Shown here one piece after another: positions 61,801 through 64,000 of a DNA stretch of 64,000 nucleotides. The stretch's first letter is position 1; every line of letters starts with the position of its first letter. Made by a program: the position numbers and the translations under genes. The stretch is from Fimbriosthenelais zetlandica (lineage: Eukaryota): the NCBI GenBank assembly GCA_977030845.1, contig OZ365113.1, positions 33,542,001 through 33,606,000 on the forward strand, written 5' to 3'. Below the pieces are notes generated by a model. The model had not been told where the DNA came from. It did not search any database and saw nothing but the letters and a program-made list of their open reading frames with translations.

Positions 61801-64000
61801 CATCTACAACCTTCAAGCCATTCAGTTCATTGACCAGTTAAGAGAATACCACGACAAAGGTACATCAACCTCCTCTTTCTAACCTTCTCTTGGTGATACT
61901 TGCATTAGATCCCCATGACAAATGTTTCTGTTAAATTTATTGCTAAGTTTTTGGACAATTAATTACCTGTGCTTCTTTAGAATAGGCGCTTTACAATATG
62001 CACTCTTGGAGTTGTCTTGACTGAACATCTGTTGTATTATATTCATTTGTAGACTCTCGGGAGAAGGAGATAGACGACGCAGATGTCCTCGTGGCTCTAC
62101 ATAACCTCTACTCCATGTCCTTCCTACCGGTGGGCAAGCAGGCCATCATCCATGTCTTTGGTCAGGCTGACAATCTAAAAGTACTCCTTCCTTTCCTGGA
62201 ACTCCCCGGTGAGTCTAAAAGGCATTACAAGCCAGGGCTATACCTATAAAAGTGCTATTGAGTTAGTCCAGGGCATTAATTTTATTTAAAAATTATATTT
62301 CTTTTTGAAATATTTTCATATAGGAGTGATTATTTCTATTCTCTAAATTTAAGACAGGTTTTTAAAGAGATTTTTGAAAATTCAGATAATGAGGAGGAGG
62401 TGGTGTTGATGAAGAAGTCGACATCTGTGAGTTACACAGCGCTACTGCTGCTGCTTATTCTCCGTAACTCAGAGAAGGTAACCATCCTCGAGAAGTTCGG
62501 CAAGCAACTACTGGCCTTCGCTGAACAAGGTAAGTAATACTTTTGTTTTCTGTGCTGTTTGTGCAGAAACTAAACTTTAACGTCCAACTAATGCCATTCT
62601 TTTGCTCTATCCCAGTTTCCAGTGGTCACTTTTTATAGATATACCCAGTGTTGCTGACTGGGATATCAAAGGCCAGCCATGTCTCTTATTGTCGGTGGTG
62701 AGAGGCATGTAAACCATTGTTGCCGTTCGGGTAGAGCAGGTCATTGTGTCCCGACAGCTTGTTTCTTTCTGATCCTGAGATATCTGAAAAATAATTAAAT
62801 AATAATTGTTTTTTTTTCTTTCTAAAAGATTTCTTCCCTGACACGGGGACCGGGACCCCAGCAGAGAAGCACGCGGAATTCCTCGACTGGCTGCTGCCGC
62901 TAAAACAAATCAACACATTCGACTACGAACAAATCCCAGAACTAATTAAACTGATCCAGCAGTACAGCGAGGAGTTCTCAGACATACCAAAGAGTCTGAT
63001 CACAGTCCTCCGTATATTAAAACATCTCTGTATCCCGCCAGAACTTCCCGGGAACGAGGGAATCCTACATCCATACGATGAGGAAACGGAGGAACTGAAA
63101 TATAAATACGCTCTGGTGGAGCTACACAGCGCTGGGTGTTTTGACACCTACATGACTATTATACAGAAAGTCTGTGAGCACATCCAAAACCCATGGCAGC
63201 AAGGTATACCCTTAAGTGGACGTGCGGGCGAGGTGGTCACTGCTTTAGTAAGCCCTACTCTAGCTCTGGTCAAAGCTACTCTGTCTAATTTAGTAATGGC
63301 TCGTGGACCCAAATACCACGATTTGACTTGTCTGGGGAAGTTGTTCCAACTCCACACCATCATGTGTTCTGTGATGTTGAGTGGTGCGCCCTCGCCTGAT
63401 ATCATAGCCATACAGAATGACATTGTAGATTCATTATTGACGTTCACTCAGCCGGCCCTCCAAGCCGAGGAGTCGGAAGACGCTCTATCTAAGAGTCTAT
63501 GGACCCTCATGATGGGCGAGCTCTTCAAGTTTGTGCCTACCTCGCCTTACACATTCCTGGGTGGTTTAATGTTAATATCTGAGCTGCTCCCGCTACCGCT
63601 GCCCATACAGACCCGCGAGGAGCTCACAGATAGAGAGATCACACTAGTTATTAATCAGAGGAAGCTCTGGAGTGCTCACCTCCACCCATTGACTTCACTT
63701 ATTCAGGACGTTATTAAATCTTTAGCCGGGTCCTCCTGCCAGCCGCTCCAGCAAGTTCTACGCCGGGTTTGTTGGCAGATTGCTGACCTAGCCGCACCTT
63801 CCGCCCTCACTATCGTCCGCTGCCTCATGGACGCAGTCCTAGAGAGTATGGACGAAACATTAGATAAACTGAAAACGTCCTCAACACCGCAACAACAGTC
63901 AACAGAACAGAACACGACAAACACAACGACAACCACCAACACAAACACAGATAAACAAGACAATGATAAGGAGGATGTGAGGAGTTCTGGACAGACGTCT
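52834..64000 (+). CDS. VIRMA: Virilizer / KIAA1429, m6A methyltransferase complex subunit (3' part beyond the window)
   Basis: Exons: 52834-52899, 53588-53700, 53815-53901, 54039-54087, 54222-54366, 55127-56314, 56487-56599, 56783-56872, 56986-57075, 57362-57581, 57952-58112, 58601-58816, 59235-59323, 60477-60654, 60983-61080, 61275-61449, 61739-61859, 62053-62208, 62386-62529, 62829-64000 (open at the window end). All are GT-AG with compatible phases. Motifs LLFFDTF, EIRVIPLG, TDGLILKGWY..TIAVYG, FEPLTPD, YEEISS, DPYPNLF, LHNLY, ELLPLPLPIQT, RKLWSAHLH and SCQPLQQVLRRVCWQIADLA match recalled VIRMA. Confidence 0.96.
57690..57905 (+). repeat. ~40-bp pyrimidine-rich minisatellite in VIRMA intron 10
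   Basis: Unit TTCACCCCTTTCTACAGCTATCTCCCTGCCTCTTCTCAAA, about 5 copies, two of them identical. Confidence 0.85.
60640..60915 (+). repeat. ~143-bp tandem duplication spanning the VIRMA exon 14 donor
   Basis: ATTGTAAGTC at 60652 and 60794; TTAAAGGGAAACGCAACACTTA at 60669 and 60812; CCTGTTAAAATATGGCGCCCAT occurs twice. Confidence 0.8.

Noticed and set aside
63880-63960. Thr/Asn/Gln low-complexity run in VIRMA
   Set aside because: Short ACA/AAC slippage in a variable linker; ordinary.
62686-63963. Minus-strand ORFs of 74-99 aa
   Set aside because: Antisense to the long open VIRMA exon 62829-64000, which the ORF track missed because it has no stop inside the window.
1-64000. CRISPR arrays, rRNA, tRNA and snoRNA genes
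   Set aside because: No repeat-spacer arrays, tRNA A/B-box cloverleaves or convincing C/D box pairs were seen by eye; the tRNA-iMet match at 21350 is a primer site. tRNAscan-SE or Infernal would be needed to exclude them fully.

Overview
AT-rich eukaryotic genomic DNA with GT-AG introns, most likely from a non-vertebrate bilaterian (inferred from the virilizer sequence and the repeat types). The left ~37 kb is a transposon graveyard. It holds heavily decayed Ty3/gypsy, LINE, ISL2EU-, pogo- and possibly Crypton-like remnants, and every one I could orient lies on the minus strand. One very young Ty1/copia element (17070-21568) has identical 205-bp LTRs, an AACAT target-site duplication, a half-tRNA-iMet primer site and an internal RT/RNase H deletion whose junction looks like a splice junction. 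A two-coding-exon LRR type-I membrane protein gene lies at 30074-33501 (+). The right ~23 kb is a compact gene cluster: AKTIP/FTS (minus, 9 coding exons), BBS10 (minus, intronless CDS) and VIRMA/virilizer (plus, 20 coding exons, running off the window end). The most notable observations are: (1) the one-strand orientation of the TE remnants (piRNA-cluster-like or intronic antisense bias); (2) an orphan plus-strand exon at 50001-50132 suggesting VIRMA starts at the AKTIP promoter with BBS10 nested in its first intron; (3) a ~395-aa RD/RE/RS-rich, DRACH-dense extra exon in VIRMA; (4) the splice-like copia deletion; and (5) RFX X-boxes beside candidate alternative first exons of AKTIP. No rRNA, tRNA gene or CRISPR array was seen. 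All homology calls are by-eye recognition, not database searches, and the decayed TE calls are low confidence.
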